64,000 bases of DNA from a virus. The stretch lies in the IMG/VR virus record IMGVR_UViG_3300019458_000001; one strand, 5' to 3'. Position 1 is the first letter of the stretch, and the number at the start of each line of letters is the position of its first letter. The position numbers were made by a program, and so were the translations under genes. This document shows, piece by piece, positions 52,473 through 62,413 of the stretch. Under the pieces are notes generated by a model. That model was given only the letters and a program-made list of their open reading frames with translations, was not told the origin of the DNA and ran no database searches.

Positions 52473-54560
52473 CTAGAGCACCGAATCAAGAATGTCGAAG
52501 ACGAACGCGGGCGAGACGAGCGTTCCCACCCCGGGCAGGATGACGACGATCTGCCCGGCGAGGCGCTGGGCCGTCGCGGTGTCCGTCATGGTTAGCTTGG
52601 CCCGCGCCTGCCCCGTCGGCCCGTCGATGATTTCCGCCAGGCGGTCGATCACGAGCACCGGGCTCGCCAGGTTGACCTTCGCCTTGAAGAAGACCTGAGC
52701 CCCGGAGATGTCGAGCGGGAAACGCCTCTCCTCGTCGTAGATCGTGATGTCGATCGACGGAGTCGAGCCTTTTGCGACGGACTGACGCGACACATCGACG
52801 ACGATCGATTCGACGACGACGTTCCTTGTCCCGATGATGCTCGCGTTGATCCGGCGCACGGTCTTCTGGATGTCGATCAGGCGCTCGAACATGAACCCGC
52901 CGATCGTGGTCGGATCCGTGAAGCTCGCCGCCGGAGCCCCGAAGGCGATGTCGACCTTCGCGTTGAGCTCGTCGACGGTCGCCTTCACTGCGTCGAGTGT
53001 CTCCTTGTCGGCGATCACCGGCATCAGGATGAGCGACGTCGTGAACGGCGGGCTGTCCTTGATGATGAACGTGAGCGTTTCTGCGGATGTCACGGTCGGC
53101 AGCGTCACGTCAGCGAACCAGAAGTCTCCGTCGATATCGTAGGACGGCTGAATGTAGTCCCCGTTGTCCGGCACGAAGATGTTCGTGTTGAACCACTTCG
53201 AGTCGGAGTCGCGCTTCAGGCGGAACATCGGAGACACGCCTGGGGCCGGGCTTACGAACGGGCCTCCGATCCCGTCGGTGATCTTCGCCTTGAGCCGGTA
53301 GGAGACGCCCCCGAGGATGAACCCGGAGGTCTGGAAGTCGACCTCGAACGTGGCGGGGATGTTTCTCGGAGCAGACGTGATCGAGACCGTAACGACCGAA
53401 AGCCCGTTGATGAACTTGATTGTGCAGGCTTCTCCGGCCGGGATCGCCACTCCGACTCCGCTCGTCACGGAGAAGCTGCCGTCGGAGTTCGGGACGACGG
53501 TCCCGACCGGCGTGAGCGGCACCGCGTTCCTGATGCACTCAACCGAGAGCGCGTCGATAACGGCCCCGGGCAGGCCGGTGAACGTGATCACCCCGTTCGA
53601 TTTGACGAAGACGTACAGCTTCGAGGAGTCGACCACGGGAACGATCGGCGCCGGAGGGACGTTGATCCGCGTGCACTTGATGTGATGGTAGCCGAGCGGA
53701 TCTCCCTGCGTCGTTCCTACGTTCGTGCTCGTGACGGTCGAAACGGCGTCTCCGTTGGCGGGGTCGATGATCCGGGTCTTCGAGCCCAGAAACGCGAACG
53801 TTCCATCGTCGATGAGGACGGGCTGCGCCGTGTTCGTGAAAGTGACGATGTTGATGACGCCGCCGGGCGACGGCGGTTCGTACATCGCGTCGAATGCCTG
53901 CTGCGCCTCGTCGAAGCGGAAGACGCTTCCGTGAAGCGTCGTCGCGTAGATGAAGGCGTCGCAGTCGGACGAGACAGCCACGATCGGGACGTCGATCCCC
54001 GTCATCGGGTAGCAGGTGAACTCACCGACCCCGCTCGGGTCGAGCCGGACGAGCGCGGCGGTCTTCGCCTCGCCTACCGGACCAACGAGGGCTCCGAACC
54101 AGATGCGATTCGTGTCCGAGGCCCCGATCTGGGTCTGGAAGATTCCGTCCGTGTAGTTCGGAATCGACACCGAGAGGTCGAAGCTCCGGACAAGGACCTT
54201 CGTCGTCCGGTTCATCTCGTATAGGACTCCGCGCGAGGTCGAGAGCGCGAACATCTTGTCGCCGCCCGCCTGCGAGACGATGACGTTGGCGGCCGTTCCC
54301 AGAACCTCCGCGGTCTGCAGGCCGGTGGCGCCGAGACGGACCGTGACGTTCAAGGTGTCGCTGAACGTCAGCCAGACGTTATTGTCGAGGTCGAGCGAGA
54401 TCGCGTTCGCGAAGACGAACGTGCCGACGGTCGGCTCCTGCTTCGTCTGCTGGCTCCAGAGAAGAAAGTTCGTCGAATCCCTCTTCTCGAGGATCCCGTC
54501 GTCCTTCAGGAGATAGAAGTTCCCAAGCTCGTCGAGGGCCTGAGAGATGATGCGGGTCAT
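52473..54560 (-). CDS. large structural protein (695 aa; beta-rich, baseplate/receptor-binding-like)
   Basis: Track ORF in the tail-gene neighbourhood. No specific motif recognised. Confidence 0.6.
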   Translation of the reverse strand: MTRIISQALDELGNFYLLKDDGILEKRDSTNFLLWSQQTKQEPTVGTFVFANAISLDLDNNVWLTFSDTLNVTVRLGATGLQTAEVLGTAANVIVSQAGGDKMFALSTSRGVLYEMNRTTKVLVRSFDLSVSIPNYTDGIFQTQIGASDTNRIWFGALVGPVGEAKTAALVRLDPSGVGEFTCYPMTGIDVPIVAVSSDCDAFIYATTLHGSVFRFDEAQQAFDAMYEPPSPGGVINIVTFTNTAQPVLIDDGTFAFLGSKTRIIDPANGDAVSTVTSTNVGTTQGDPLGYHHIKCTRINVPPAPIVPVVDSSKLYVFVKSNGVITFTGLPGAVIDALSVECIRNAVPLTPVGTVVPNSDGSFSVTSGVGVAIPAGEACTIKFINGLSVVTVSITSAPRNIPATFEVDFQTSGFILGGVSYRLKAKITDGIGGPFVSPAPGVSPMFRLKRDSDSKWFNTNIFVPDNGDYIQPSYDIDGDFWFADVTLPTVTSAETLTFIIKDSPPFTTSLILMPVIADKETLDAVKATVDELNAKVDIAFGAPAASFTDPTTIGGFMFERLIDIQKTVRRINASIIGTRNVVVESIVVDVSRQSVAKGSTPSIDITIYDEERRFPLDISGAQVFFKAKVNLASPVLVIDRLAEIIDGPTGQARAKLTMTDTATAQRLAGQIVVILPGVGTLVSPAFVFDILDSVL

Positions 54561-54563
54561 GTC

Positions 54564-54770
54564 TTATCCGATCGTCTGGATCAGCACCGGGCTCGCCGGG
54601 TTCGTCACATCGTACACCTTGAGCGTCGAACCGTTCGCAACCGTCATCGTCCGGACGTTCTGCTTGTCGTGCTGTTGCTGCGGCGTCAGGATTGTCGTTG
54701 GGTCGAGCGTCAGGCTGTCCTTCACGTAGTGCGCCTTCGGATCGACCACTACCTGATTGAAATCGGCCAT
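54564..54770 (-). CDS. hypothetical protein (68 aa)
   Basis: ATG 54770 overlaps the upstream TGA by 1 nt (MADFNQVVVDPK..). Confidence 0.5.
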   Translation of the reverse strand: MADFNQVVVDPKAHYVKDSLTLDPTTILTPQQQHDKQNVRTMTVANGSTLKVYDVTNPASPVLIQTIG

Positions 54771-55426
54771 CACGCGCTCCTTCCAAGAACCGTGAGCGGC
54801 TCCACGGTGGAGAAGGTGCTCGGAGGAGCGAAGAAGTCCGCGTGCACGAGCAGGATCCGGTTCGGCGGAAGGGATACGTTCGGAAAGACGTGCCGGTGGA
54901 TCCCCGTGGTGCTGACGGTGCTCCCCGCAAACAGCGTCTGCCCGAGCTCGTCCTTCACGGTGAAGGTCGCCGATGTTGACAGAATGAGGCCGCTTTCCGC
55001 GTTCTTGATGCCGCCGACTACGGTAAGCGTCCTGTTGGTCGCGTCGAAGACCGCCTGGACGAAGCTGTTGATGATCGACGCCGTGCTCGATCCGGCCGTC
55101 TGAAAGCTCACAGGATCGTCCGCTATGAAGGCATTCGTGCCCGTCGCCTCGTAGAGCACGATGGTCTCGGCGTCCGCGACAATCGAGGACGTGTTCCAGA
55201 GGCCGAAATAGACGCCGCCTGGCGTGAGCGCCTCCGTGAGCGTCAATTCCGGCGTCACCACCAGGCCGATCAGCTTGAAGGTGTCGTCGCTGAAGTCGAA
55301 GCCGAGGCCGAGCCACGGAACGATGATCCGTGCCTTGACGGTCTCGCCCGTCACCGGGCCCCCGTTGTTGAGGGTCACGATGAGGGGGACGGATGTCGTT
55401 CCGACGGGGTACGTTCTCTGGCTCAC
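54770..55426 (-). CDS. hypothetical structural protein (218 aa)
   Basis: Track ORF. Confidence 0.6.
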   Translation of the reverse strand: MSQRTYPVGTTSVPLIVTLNNGGPVTGETVKARIIVPWLGLGFDFSDDTFKLIGLVVTPELTLTEALTPGGVYFGLWNTSSIVADAETIVLYEATGTNAFIADDPVSFQTAGSSTASIINSFVQAVFDATNRTLTVVGGIKNAESGLILSTSATFTVKDELGQTLFAGSTVSTTGIHRHVFPNVSLPPNRILLVHADFFAPPSTFSTVEPLTVLGRSA

Positions 55427-55818
55427 GCGTTCACCGTTGAATCACTGTCGATCCGGACCAGAAGATCGGTCGAAGTCACCGCGATACCGACCTCCTGCAC
55501 GACATGGCCGCTCGTCGATGGAGGAACGGACGTGATCGAACCGGGCGCGATCCCGAGAAACATGGGGGCCGGCGGGACAAGCCCGCCGAAACCCGTGAGG
55601 ATTTTCTCCATCCGAACCTTCACCTGGGATACGGAGACGACCTGGGATACGAAGCCGATCGCCGGAGTCGTCGACACCGACGAGGCGCTTGCCTTGAGGA
55701 CGAGGTTGGGGACCGCGGACATATAGACTGCGTCCCGCGGAGCGAGCGACCCGTCCTGGTTGAACGTCGGGTCTACGTCCCCGCCGCTGCCTCCACCGCC
55801 GAAGTTCACGGTCACCAT
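55423..55818 (-). CDS. hypothetical protein (131 aa)
   Basis: Track ORF with an overlap-coupled start. Confidence 0.55.
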   Translation of the reverse strand: MVTVNFGGGGSGGDVDPTFNQDGSLAPRDAVYMSAVPNLVLKASASSVSTTPAIGFVSQVVSVSQVKVRMEKILTGFGGLVPPAPMFLGIAPGSITSVPPSTSGHVVQEVGIAVTSTDLLVRIDSDSTVNA

Positions 55819-56091
55819 TTACGTTCTCGCCTTCGTCGAGCGTTCTAGGTTCGGGTCGAAGAGCAGGCTTTTGATCTGCTGAAAGCTCCAGAGCAGCTTC
55901 GACGCCGAGATCATGTCATCGTGGTTGTAGAACGCGAGGGACATCCGCTGCGACGAGCCGTCCTCGTTCGTGAAGACAAAGACCGTCTTGTTCGCCTCGT
56001 TCTTCCGCACGTCGACGATCTTGACGTCATTCGCGTGCAGATACGCGGCGAGCTCGATGTCCTTCGTGACGAACGTCCCGTTGTTGCTCAT
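55819..56091 (-). CDS. hypothetical protein (90 aa)
   Basis: ATGA overlap at 56091 (MSNNGTFVTKD..). Confidence 0.5.
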   Translation of the reverse strand: MSNNGTFVTKDIELAAYLHANDVKIVDVRKNEANKTVFVFTNEDGSSQRMSLAFYNHDDMISASKLLWSFQQIKSLLFDPNLERSTKART

Positions 56092-56579
56092 GTGTATGTG
56101 TAGCCTTGGAACGCGGGCTTCAAGGTGTCGTTGAAGACGACCACCGTCTCCTGTCCCGGCGCGAGGCCGGTCGCAATCTTCACCTGGCCGGCCCCCAGCA
56201 CGAGCGAGGTCGTCAGGACGTCGAAAAACGCGCGTCGCAGCGCCGCGTTGAACGATCCGTCCGGCTCTCTGGCGGAGATCAGGACGGACTCGCTGTCCGT
56301 CACATCGTCCATCAATTCCTCGGTCTCTCCGTTTCTCTTCGTGAAGACGGCCGTCTGTACGGTTGCGATCGGAACCGTCGTCGCACTGTCGACGCGCAGG
56401 AAGTCCTTGTCGACAAGTTCCAGCGTGTCCGGCCGTATCCTCTTTCCGAAGACCTCGGTGAAATTCGCGACATTCTTGACCACGATCGCGTGACCCGACG
56501 GAATCGGGCTCTGCGCGTTCAGGTTCGCCGAGAGGATCCTCCCGCTTGTCGTGTCGTAGAGGAGATTCACGTTCGGCAT
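56088..56579 (-). CDS. hypothetical protein (163 aa)
   Basis: Track ORF. Confidence 0.55.
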   Translation of the reverse strand: MPNVNLLYDTTSGRILSANLNAQSPIPSGHAIVVKNVANFTEVFGKRIRPDTLELVDKDFLRVDSATTVPIATVQTAVFTKRNGETEELMDDVTDSESVLISAREPDGSFNAALRRAFFDVLTTSLVLGAGQVKIATGLAPGQETVVVFNDTLKPAFQGYTYT

Positions 56580-56581
56580 GG

Positions 56582-57415
56582 CTATCCCTTCGGCCCAAGG
56601 GCCTCGATGGTTTTCTTTCGGGCCAGCTCGATCAGGCGCTTTTTCTCATCGCGCGAGATCGAGAAGTCGAGCGTCCCGACGTATGCGTCATCATACGACA
56701 CGGTCACCGGTTTGCGCGAGGAGCGCTCGATCGCATCCTGAACATTGTTGTCCGTCGACTGGTCGACGTAGTCCGTCAGCACGCCGACAAGACCAGGCCT
56801 CGTGTCGACCGGCTTCGTCGATTCGTGCGATATCTCGCCGAGCAGCCACCCGTAGAACGGGCGGTCCGACACAGGCACCATGTCCACGGGGTAATGCCTG
56901 CGAACGCCGCCGTCGTACCAGAGACAGTTCTCGAAGGCGATCGGCTTGAAGGCGCCCGGGAGGCATGATGTGATCCGCATAGCGAGCCAGAGCGGCATCT
57001 CCGGGCGCGTCCCGCGATGAAGCTCGTCGGCCTTGTAGCGCGTATAGTTCGAGCCCGCCAGGCGAAGGTCGAACGCCGCGTCACGAAAGAGCTTCTCTCC
57101 GGTCGCCTTCTTGAGCAGGGTCTCGAGCTCCTTGCCGTCCGCAAGCCACCCGCGCCGGAACCACCTGATAATCGCAGGAACGTTCCACCATGCGGGAACG
57201 TTTGCGTAATCGGAGAAGTCCTCATCCATGATGAGGCTTTCGATCGCCGAAGGCGTCATGCCTGAAGCGTGACAGCCGAGGACGACGCCTCCGGCCGAGT
57301 TGCCCGCGGCCGAAACGATCTCGTGCTTGAGGTCATCGACGACGGCACGAAGAAATCCCGTCGCGGTGCAGATGCCCTCGACCGAACCCCCGGAAATAAC
57401 AACGTCTACCTGCAC
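56582..57415 (-). CDS. patatin-like phospholipase
   Basis: Oxyanion loop ISGGSVEG. Nucleophile elbow GNSAG (GxSxG). Catalytic Asp motif YDGGV. GTG 57415 after AGGAGAG. Confidence 0.8.
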   Translation of the reverse strand: MQVDVVISGGSVEGICTATGFLRAVVDDLKHEIVSAAGNSAGGVVLGCHASGMTPSAIESLIMDEDFSDYANVPAWWNVPAIIRWFRRGWLADGKELETLLKKATGEKLFRDAAFDLRLAGSNYTRYKADELHRGTRPEMPLWLAMRITSCLPGAFKPIAFENCLWYDGGVRRHYPVDMVPVSDRPFYGWLLGEISHESTKPVDTRPGLVGVLTDYVDQSTDNNVQDAIERSSRKPVTVSYDDAYVGTLDFSISRDEKKRLIELARKKTIEALGPKG

Positions 57416-57423
57416 GGACTCTC

Positions 57424-58125
57424 CTAGCTGTGGAAATACGTCAGGTTGAATCCGAGATCCATGACCGACGAATCCTCGTTGAGGACGATGACCCTCAGCT
57501 TCACGTTCTTCGGCACGCCGCTCGATCCGAAGGTCTCGTCCCCGACGCGGATGTACTGGCCCGGCGATATGTAGGATCCGTCCTCCCAGCGCATCGTCAG
57601 GTACACTTTGTCGCCGGAAGACGCGGTCAGGCCGAATGCGGCACCGTCCGGCGCCTTGAGCTTCGAGTTCGTCGAGTCCCAGGTCGCTTTTTTCAGGGCC
57701 GTGAAATCGCATACGTCCGACGGAACGCTTGTCAGCCGGAAGTAGACTTCTTCGGTCTGCCTGCTGCCGTCCGCCGTGAGGAACGCGTCGATCGCGCCCT
57801 TGGCCTGCGCGTTCACGGCGACTTCGGCGTCCGTCGACACGACGGCGGCGGAGATCGCGGCGCCGCCGACCAGCGCGGCCATATCCGTGTTCGGGGCGAT
57901 CTCCACCCAGAGCCTGCTCTTCGGGTTCGCCGTCGACGGAAGATAGTAGTCCCCCGAGAGGAGATCGACTGCATATGGGAACGACACGTCCAGGAAGCTC
58001 TTGACGTTCGGGCCCGCGTCGAAGCTCTTGAAGAAGCCGGCGCGCGTGCGAAAGCCGGTCGACTTGTCGACCTGCCGGATGTCGACCTTGCTGACAAGAG
58101 AGATTCCCGGGGTTTCTTCAGCCAT
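57424..58125 (-). CDS. hypothetical structural protein (233 aa)
   Basis: Track ORF. Confidence 0.6.
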   Translation of the reverse strand: MAEETPGISLVSKVDIRQVDKSTGFRTRAGFFKSFDAGPNVKSFLDVSFPYAVDLLSGDYYLPSTANPKSRLWVEIAPNTDMAALVGGAAISAAVVSTDAEVAVNAQAKGAIDAFLTADGSRQTEEVYFRLTSVPSDVCDFTALKKATWDSTNSKLKAPDGAAFGLTASSGDKVYLTMRWEDGSYISPGQYIRVGDETFGSSGVPKNVKLRVIVLNEDSSVMDLGFNLTYFHS

Positions 58126-58127
58126 CT

Positions 58128-58508
58128 TCAGCTCTGTTTCTCAATGAGTTCGCCGGTCTTGGAGGTGTAGTACGTGTACGTGACAGTCGTGCACACCGTG
58201 CCGTCCGCGTAATAGCACGTAACGACCTTCTTCGACAGCACGCCAAGCCGGTCGTATGTGTAAGTGACGGCCTTCGCCACCTTGGAATAGGTCCCGTCCC
58301 CGTTGTCGACCATGTAGTGCGTATCCGTGCTCGGAAGCGTTGTTCCAGAGACGAGGGCGGTCACCTTGAACATGCCAACGGCCGCGTCCTCGATGGTCCG
58401 GCTCTCCACGACGGCGTCCGCCGACGGCGCGGCGCTCGTTTCCGGCAAAGACACGTACTGGTAGTTCGGCGCCGTGCCGTATCTCCAGTAGTTGATCGTT
58501 CTGGCCAT
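58128..58508 (-). CDS. hypothetical protein (126 aa)
   Basis: Track ORF. Confidence 0.55.
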   Translation of the reverse strand: MARTINYWRYGTAPNYQYVSLPETSAAPSADAVVESRTIEDAAVGMFKVTALVSGTTLPSTDTHYMVDNGDGTYSKVAKAVTYTYDRLGVLSKKVVTCYYADGTVCTTVTYTYYTSKTGELIEKQS

Positions 58509-58515
58509 CTGTTTC

Positions 58516-59013
58516 CTACGTAGTCAGGATGAAGTCGCAGGACGCCGAGACGATGACGAAGTTCCCGGGCCCCGTCGGCCTGCGCATCTGCACCTCGACG
58601 ATTTTCGTGCCGGACGTCGGAAGGCTTGCGAGCACGACTTCTTTTGTCGTGTCGACCGTCTCGGTGTAATTGATGACGCCAAGCTCGACGCCGTCGGTCA
58701 CGTTGTAGAGCCGGATGTCCGAGCTCGTGCTCGGAGTGCGGCCGTTCGCATACAGCTTTCCGCTCAGCGTGGTTCCGCTCAGATTCAGGCGGGCGAAGTT
58801 GAACAGAAAGCGCGCCTTGGCGGCATATGAGGTCCCGCCCTCGGTGGCATTGGATGGCGAACCGGACGATGCCGGTTGCGGCAGAAGGTGAAACCACACT
58901 ATGCTCTGGACGCCGCCGCTCTGGCTGCCGGTGTACGGGAAGCCGTTGATGTTGGTGACATTCGAGATGTCCCCGCCACCCGCGTCGAACCCGTCAAGAC
59001 TCTTCTGCGGCAT
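58516..59013 (-). CDS. hypothetical protein (165 aa)
   Basis: Track ORF immediately downstream of the tail fibre gene. Confidence 0.55.
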   Translation of the reverse strand: MPQKSLDGFDAGGGDISNVTNINGFPYTGSQSGGVQSIVWFHLLPQPASSGSPSNATEGGTSYAAKARFLFNFARLNLSGTTLSGKLYANGRTPSTSSDIRLYNVTDGVELGVINYTETVDTTKEVVLASLPTSGTKIVEVQMRRPTGPGNFVIVSASCDFILTT

Positions 59014-59016
59014 CCA

Positions 59017-61641
59017 TTACACCGGCGAATAGAGCACGGTACCCCTGATCTCGCTGCTTCCGGCGCCAACCGCTTTCCTGTGCTGGAGGATCAGCTCCGA
59101 CACGATGACCGGCATCGAAAACGTCGCGCTTTGCAGGCCCGTCGTCGTAATCGTCGCCGTGAACAGGGCGACCGCGCTCGTGTTGTCAAAGATCCGAACC
59201 TCGGCGCTCGTCGCTGGCACCGAAACCTGATTCCAGCGGGCGGTCCATACCCCCGCGGACACCGAAGGGGGATCGACGACCAGATACGCCGCGTCTTGGA
59301 ACGTCCCAGATGACGTGAAATGCGTTCCGTCCTGCATCTTGATGGTTTCGGATTTCAAGTAGGTCGCCGTGTTGACGATCTGCGCCATGGTCGGCTGCGC
59401 TACCGTAAGCACGGCGCCGGTACCCGACTGCTGGACGAAGTTGTTCGCGCCGCCCGTCACCGAGAAATCGGCCCCCGTCGACACGCCCCTGAAAACGAGC
59501 GGCGTCACGCCGAAGACGATCGGCGGCAGCGTCACGTGCTGCCAGACCCACCCTGTAAACCGGATTCCGTTTTCCACCGTGATGAGAAGCCCCGTTACGG
59601 CATCCGCGCCGGAATCGAACTCAACATCGCGAGTCCAAGGTCCGGCCGCGACGATGTAGATCCCGTTTGCTGCCCCGTTTGCCGTGACGAGGACCCTGTC
59701 ACCGATGGCGAGCGCGATCCCGTCCACCAAGCCGAGGCCCGCAAGGGCGCTCGGGAAGATCTCGACCAGGCGCACCGGCGTCTTCAGGATCTTGGAGTTC
59801 CCGGTGACGCTTCCGCCCGACACGGCCACGTAATCGCCATTCGCGAACGTGCCGACAGGGAACGACGTCGCCGCGAGATCGGTGACAGCTATTACCTTCG
59901 GCCCGGGATAGGTTCCGGAGAGATCCCCGCTCGCGGCGCCCGACGGGGCCGCGCCTGTCTGCCCGATGATCGACCCGCCGGAACGAACGAGAATTGCGCC
60001 CGTCGCGATCGCTCCGATCGTGAGGCTGGTCGGTCCGCCGGTCTCCTGTATCCCCGTGACCGTCGGCGCCGCCGCGGTGCCTCCAAGGTGATTGGCGAGC
60101 TGGATTACGCCAGGCGCAGCCGCCGTGGCGCTGGATACCGCGAGCGTCCGGTTCGCCGACAGATCAGCCGACCCGACGCCGTCGATCGTGAGCGGCGCCG
60201 TAGTGATCAACGTCCTAGTCTGCGGAACCTTCGCGTCAAGCTGCGTCTGGATGTTCGACGTGACCCCGTCGAGTCGGTCGAATTCTGCGTTGTCGACGAG
60301 GCCCGACGAAATCTTGATCGCGGAGATGCCACTCGGAATGTCCCCGGCAGGGATCGTTCCGACGGTGAACGCGACGCCCACCCCGGACTGCTTGACGTAC
60401 TGGCCAGCGCCGCCGGTCGCGCTCAGGTTGGCGCCGGTTCCTCCGTTGGCCAGAGCGACGATTCCGCTCAGGTCAGCCGCAAGGATGCCGCTCCATGCAG
60501 GGTCCAGACCCGTCGAACGAAGATAGGTCCCAACGACCCCAATCGGGAAGCGCGCCCAGAGTGGCGCCGCCGTTCCAACGATGATGTCGCCCCGCACGGG
60601 CGCGGCAGCCGACGTATCGGTATGCGTCGCCGACAGAAGAGCGTGCGGAGCGCCACCGCCGCCTGTCGTGGTGCCGACGATCCACCCCGTCGTGCCGGAG
60701 TCCGGCAGGAAGATCGATACTGACGCGACGCCGGCCAGCCCGATGCTGGCCGCGCCTTCGATCGTCCATCCGCCGGTGATGTCGATCGTAAGCGTGTTTG
60801 CGGCCGCGATCTTCGTGATTGTGACGACGCCACCCCCGGTGAACCTCGTCGAGTAGCTGGAGTTTATGCTCAGCGTGAAACCGCCGCCCGTCGTGTCGCA
60901 TAGCGCGTTCGTATCTGGAGGCGAGACGGTGTGCGGGCCAGGGAAGACAAACGTCGTGGTCTCCGTGGCGTCGACAACGTCGTTTAGCACGGCATTCCGC
61001 ATCGTGACGACGCCCGGGACGTCGAAGAACGGAAGCCCCGTCGAAGCGCTTGCATCGAAGCCGAGTCCGCCCTTGTCCGTCGGGACGATCGGGAGGACTG
61101 GCGCGGGGATATCTCCGAACGCCAGCGTCGAGACCGTGAACGGAGCGCCAATGCCGGACTGCCGCACGAACTGGTTGGCGCCCCCCGTTGCGGAGAGATC
61201 CGCCGCCGTCCCTCCTCGGGCGAGTGCGATTTGCCCCGTCACGATGGCCGACGCGTCGTGGGTATGGTTGCCCTGTGCGACCATATTCGGGCCGGTGCCG
61301 TACGGTACGAACTCGAACATCGACCCGGGAGCGTTCACCTTGAGAAAGCGATCAGCGAGAGGAGTCGGAACGTCGAGGCCCTCGATCCTGTCGACCATAG
61401 GTCCTGGGTAGAATCCGGCGAGGTCCCCTGCCGCAGCACCGGAAGGCGGGCCTCCCGCAGGTGCCTGCCATTCGGCGCTGTGTGAGCCGGTGTTCAGCCC
61501 CGTGATCGTCAAGACCTCTCCGACTGCGGTCGGGTTCGTTTCAATGACAACCTGGTCGGTGGAGACGGCTGTCGTGTTCTTCTTGACGATCGCCGACACC
61601 GACTCGACCTGGTCCGGGCTGAGCTTCTTGTTGTTGGGCAT
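59017..61641 (-). CDS. tail fibre protein (874 aa)
   Basis: Three copies of GGT(A/G)A(D/N)LSATGGA.Q(F/Y)V.QSG.G..FTV. Gly/Thr/Ala-rich. Confidence 0.7.
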   Translation of the reverse strand: MPNNKKLSPDQVESVSAIVKKNTTAVSTDQVVIETNPTAVGEVLTITGLNTGSHSAEWQAPAGGPPSGAAAGDLAGFYPGPMVDRIEGLDVPTPLADRFLKVNAPGSMFEFVPYGTGPNMVAQGNHTHDASAIVTGQIALARGGTAADLSATGGANQFVRQSGIGAPFTVSTLAFGDIPAPVLPIVPTDKGGLGFDASASTGLPFFDVPGVVTMRNAVLNDVVDATETTTFVFPGPHTVSPPDTNALCDTTGGGFTLSINSSYSTRFTGGGVVTITKIAAANTLTIDITGGWTIEGAASIGLAGVASVSIFLPDSGTTGWIVGTTTGGGGAPHALLSATHTDTSAAAPVRGDIIVGTAAPLWARFPIGVVGTYLRSTGLDPAWSGILAADLSGIVALANGGTGANLSATGGAGQYVKQSGVGVAFTVGTIPAGDIPSGISAIKISSGLVDNAEFDRLDGVTSNIQTQLDAKVPQTRTLITTAPLTIDGVGSADLSANRTLAVSSATAAAPGVIQLANHLGGTAAAPTVTGIQETGGPTSLTIGAIATGAILVRSGGSIIGQTGAAPSGAASGDLSGTYPGPKVIAVTDLAATSFPVGTFANGDYVAVSGGSVTGNSKILKTPVRLVEIFPSALAGLGLVDGIALAIGDRVLVTANGAANGIYIVAAGPWTRDVEFDSGADAVTGLLITVENGIRFTGWVWQHVTLPPIVFGVTPLVFRGVSTGADFSVTGGANNFVQQSGTGAVLTVAQPTMAQIVNTATYLKSETIKMQDGTHFTSSGTFQDAAYLVVDPPSVSAGVWTARWNQVSVPATSAEVRIFDNTSAVALFTATITTTGLQSATFSMPVIVSELILQHRKAVGAGSSEIRGTVLYSPV

Positions 61642-61644
61642 GAA

Positions 61645-62103
61645 TTACTCGAGCTTGTATCCCGTTCCGCTGCCCGAAGCGACGACGTTGACCGGGTAGT
61701 AGAGCTTGTTCACGGGGTCGTATCCGACCAGGATCGACGGACGGAGATCCTGCTCCAGGAGCTGACCAAGCGTCCAGCCGAGGACCTCCGTCGGAACGAC
61801 CGTAAGCGCAGGATTCGCGGCGCTGATCAGGTCCACTTCCTGCGCGCCCTTCTTCGCGGTGACCCGCAGGTAGAACGTCCGCGTGGGCGTGTTGAGGAAG
61901 AGCCTCGGATAGGTCAGCGGGCCGAGCGTGACCGTGCCCACGCCGGGGTTCGCGTACTCTTTCACGCGGCGATAGGCGGCCAGAGTGTCTGCGTTCTGGG
62001 AACAGTAGAGGACGTAAGACGTGATTCCAGTGGAGAGCGCGTCCGCAGGGATCGTGCCGTCCCACACAGCATTCAGATTCGCGGTTTGCGTGATGGTCGC
62101 CAC
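61645..62103 (-). CDS. hypothetical protein (152 aa)
   Basis: Track ORF. Confidence 0.55.
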   Translation of the reverse strand: MATITQTANLNAVWDGTIPADALSTGITSYVLYCSQNADTLAAYRRVKEYANPGVGTVTLGPLTYPRLFLNTPTRTFYLRVTAKKGAQEVDLISAANPALTVVPTEVLGWTLGQLLEQDLRPSILVGYDPVNKLYYPVNVVASGSGTGYKLE

Positions 62104-62104
62104 G

Positions 62105-62413
62105 TCACTCTCCCTTCACCGTCACCTTGTAGGCGCGAAACACGAAGTTCGCCCAGAGCCCGTACATCACGGTGCACTTGGCGACGGCGCCGAGTCCCTT
62201 CCAGTCGAACGGCATCCCGGACGTCAGGAAGCAGAGGATGAATGCGCACAGGAACGGGATGATCGGGTAGAAGCGGGCGAACTTGTCGTCCCACGTCCAC
62301 TCCTCGAGCCGCTCCTTGACGTAGTTCATCATCTCGTTCACGGCGCCGACCATCGCGGCGTCCATGCCGAGCGAAGCGGGATCCATCGTTCCCATGAGCG
62401 TCGACATGTCCAT
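62105..62413 (-). CDS. holin-like membrane protein (tentative)
   Basis: Two hydrophobic segments (FYPIIPFLCAFILCFLTS, GAVAKCTVMYGLWANFVF). 102 aa. Confidence 0.4.
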   Translation of the reverse strand: MDMSTLMGTMDPASLGMDAAMVGAVNEMMNYVKERLEEWTWDDKFARFYPIIPFLCAFILCFLTSGMPFDWKGLGAVAKCTVMYGLWANFVFRAYKVTVKGE

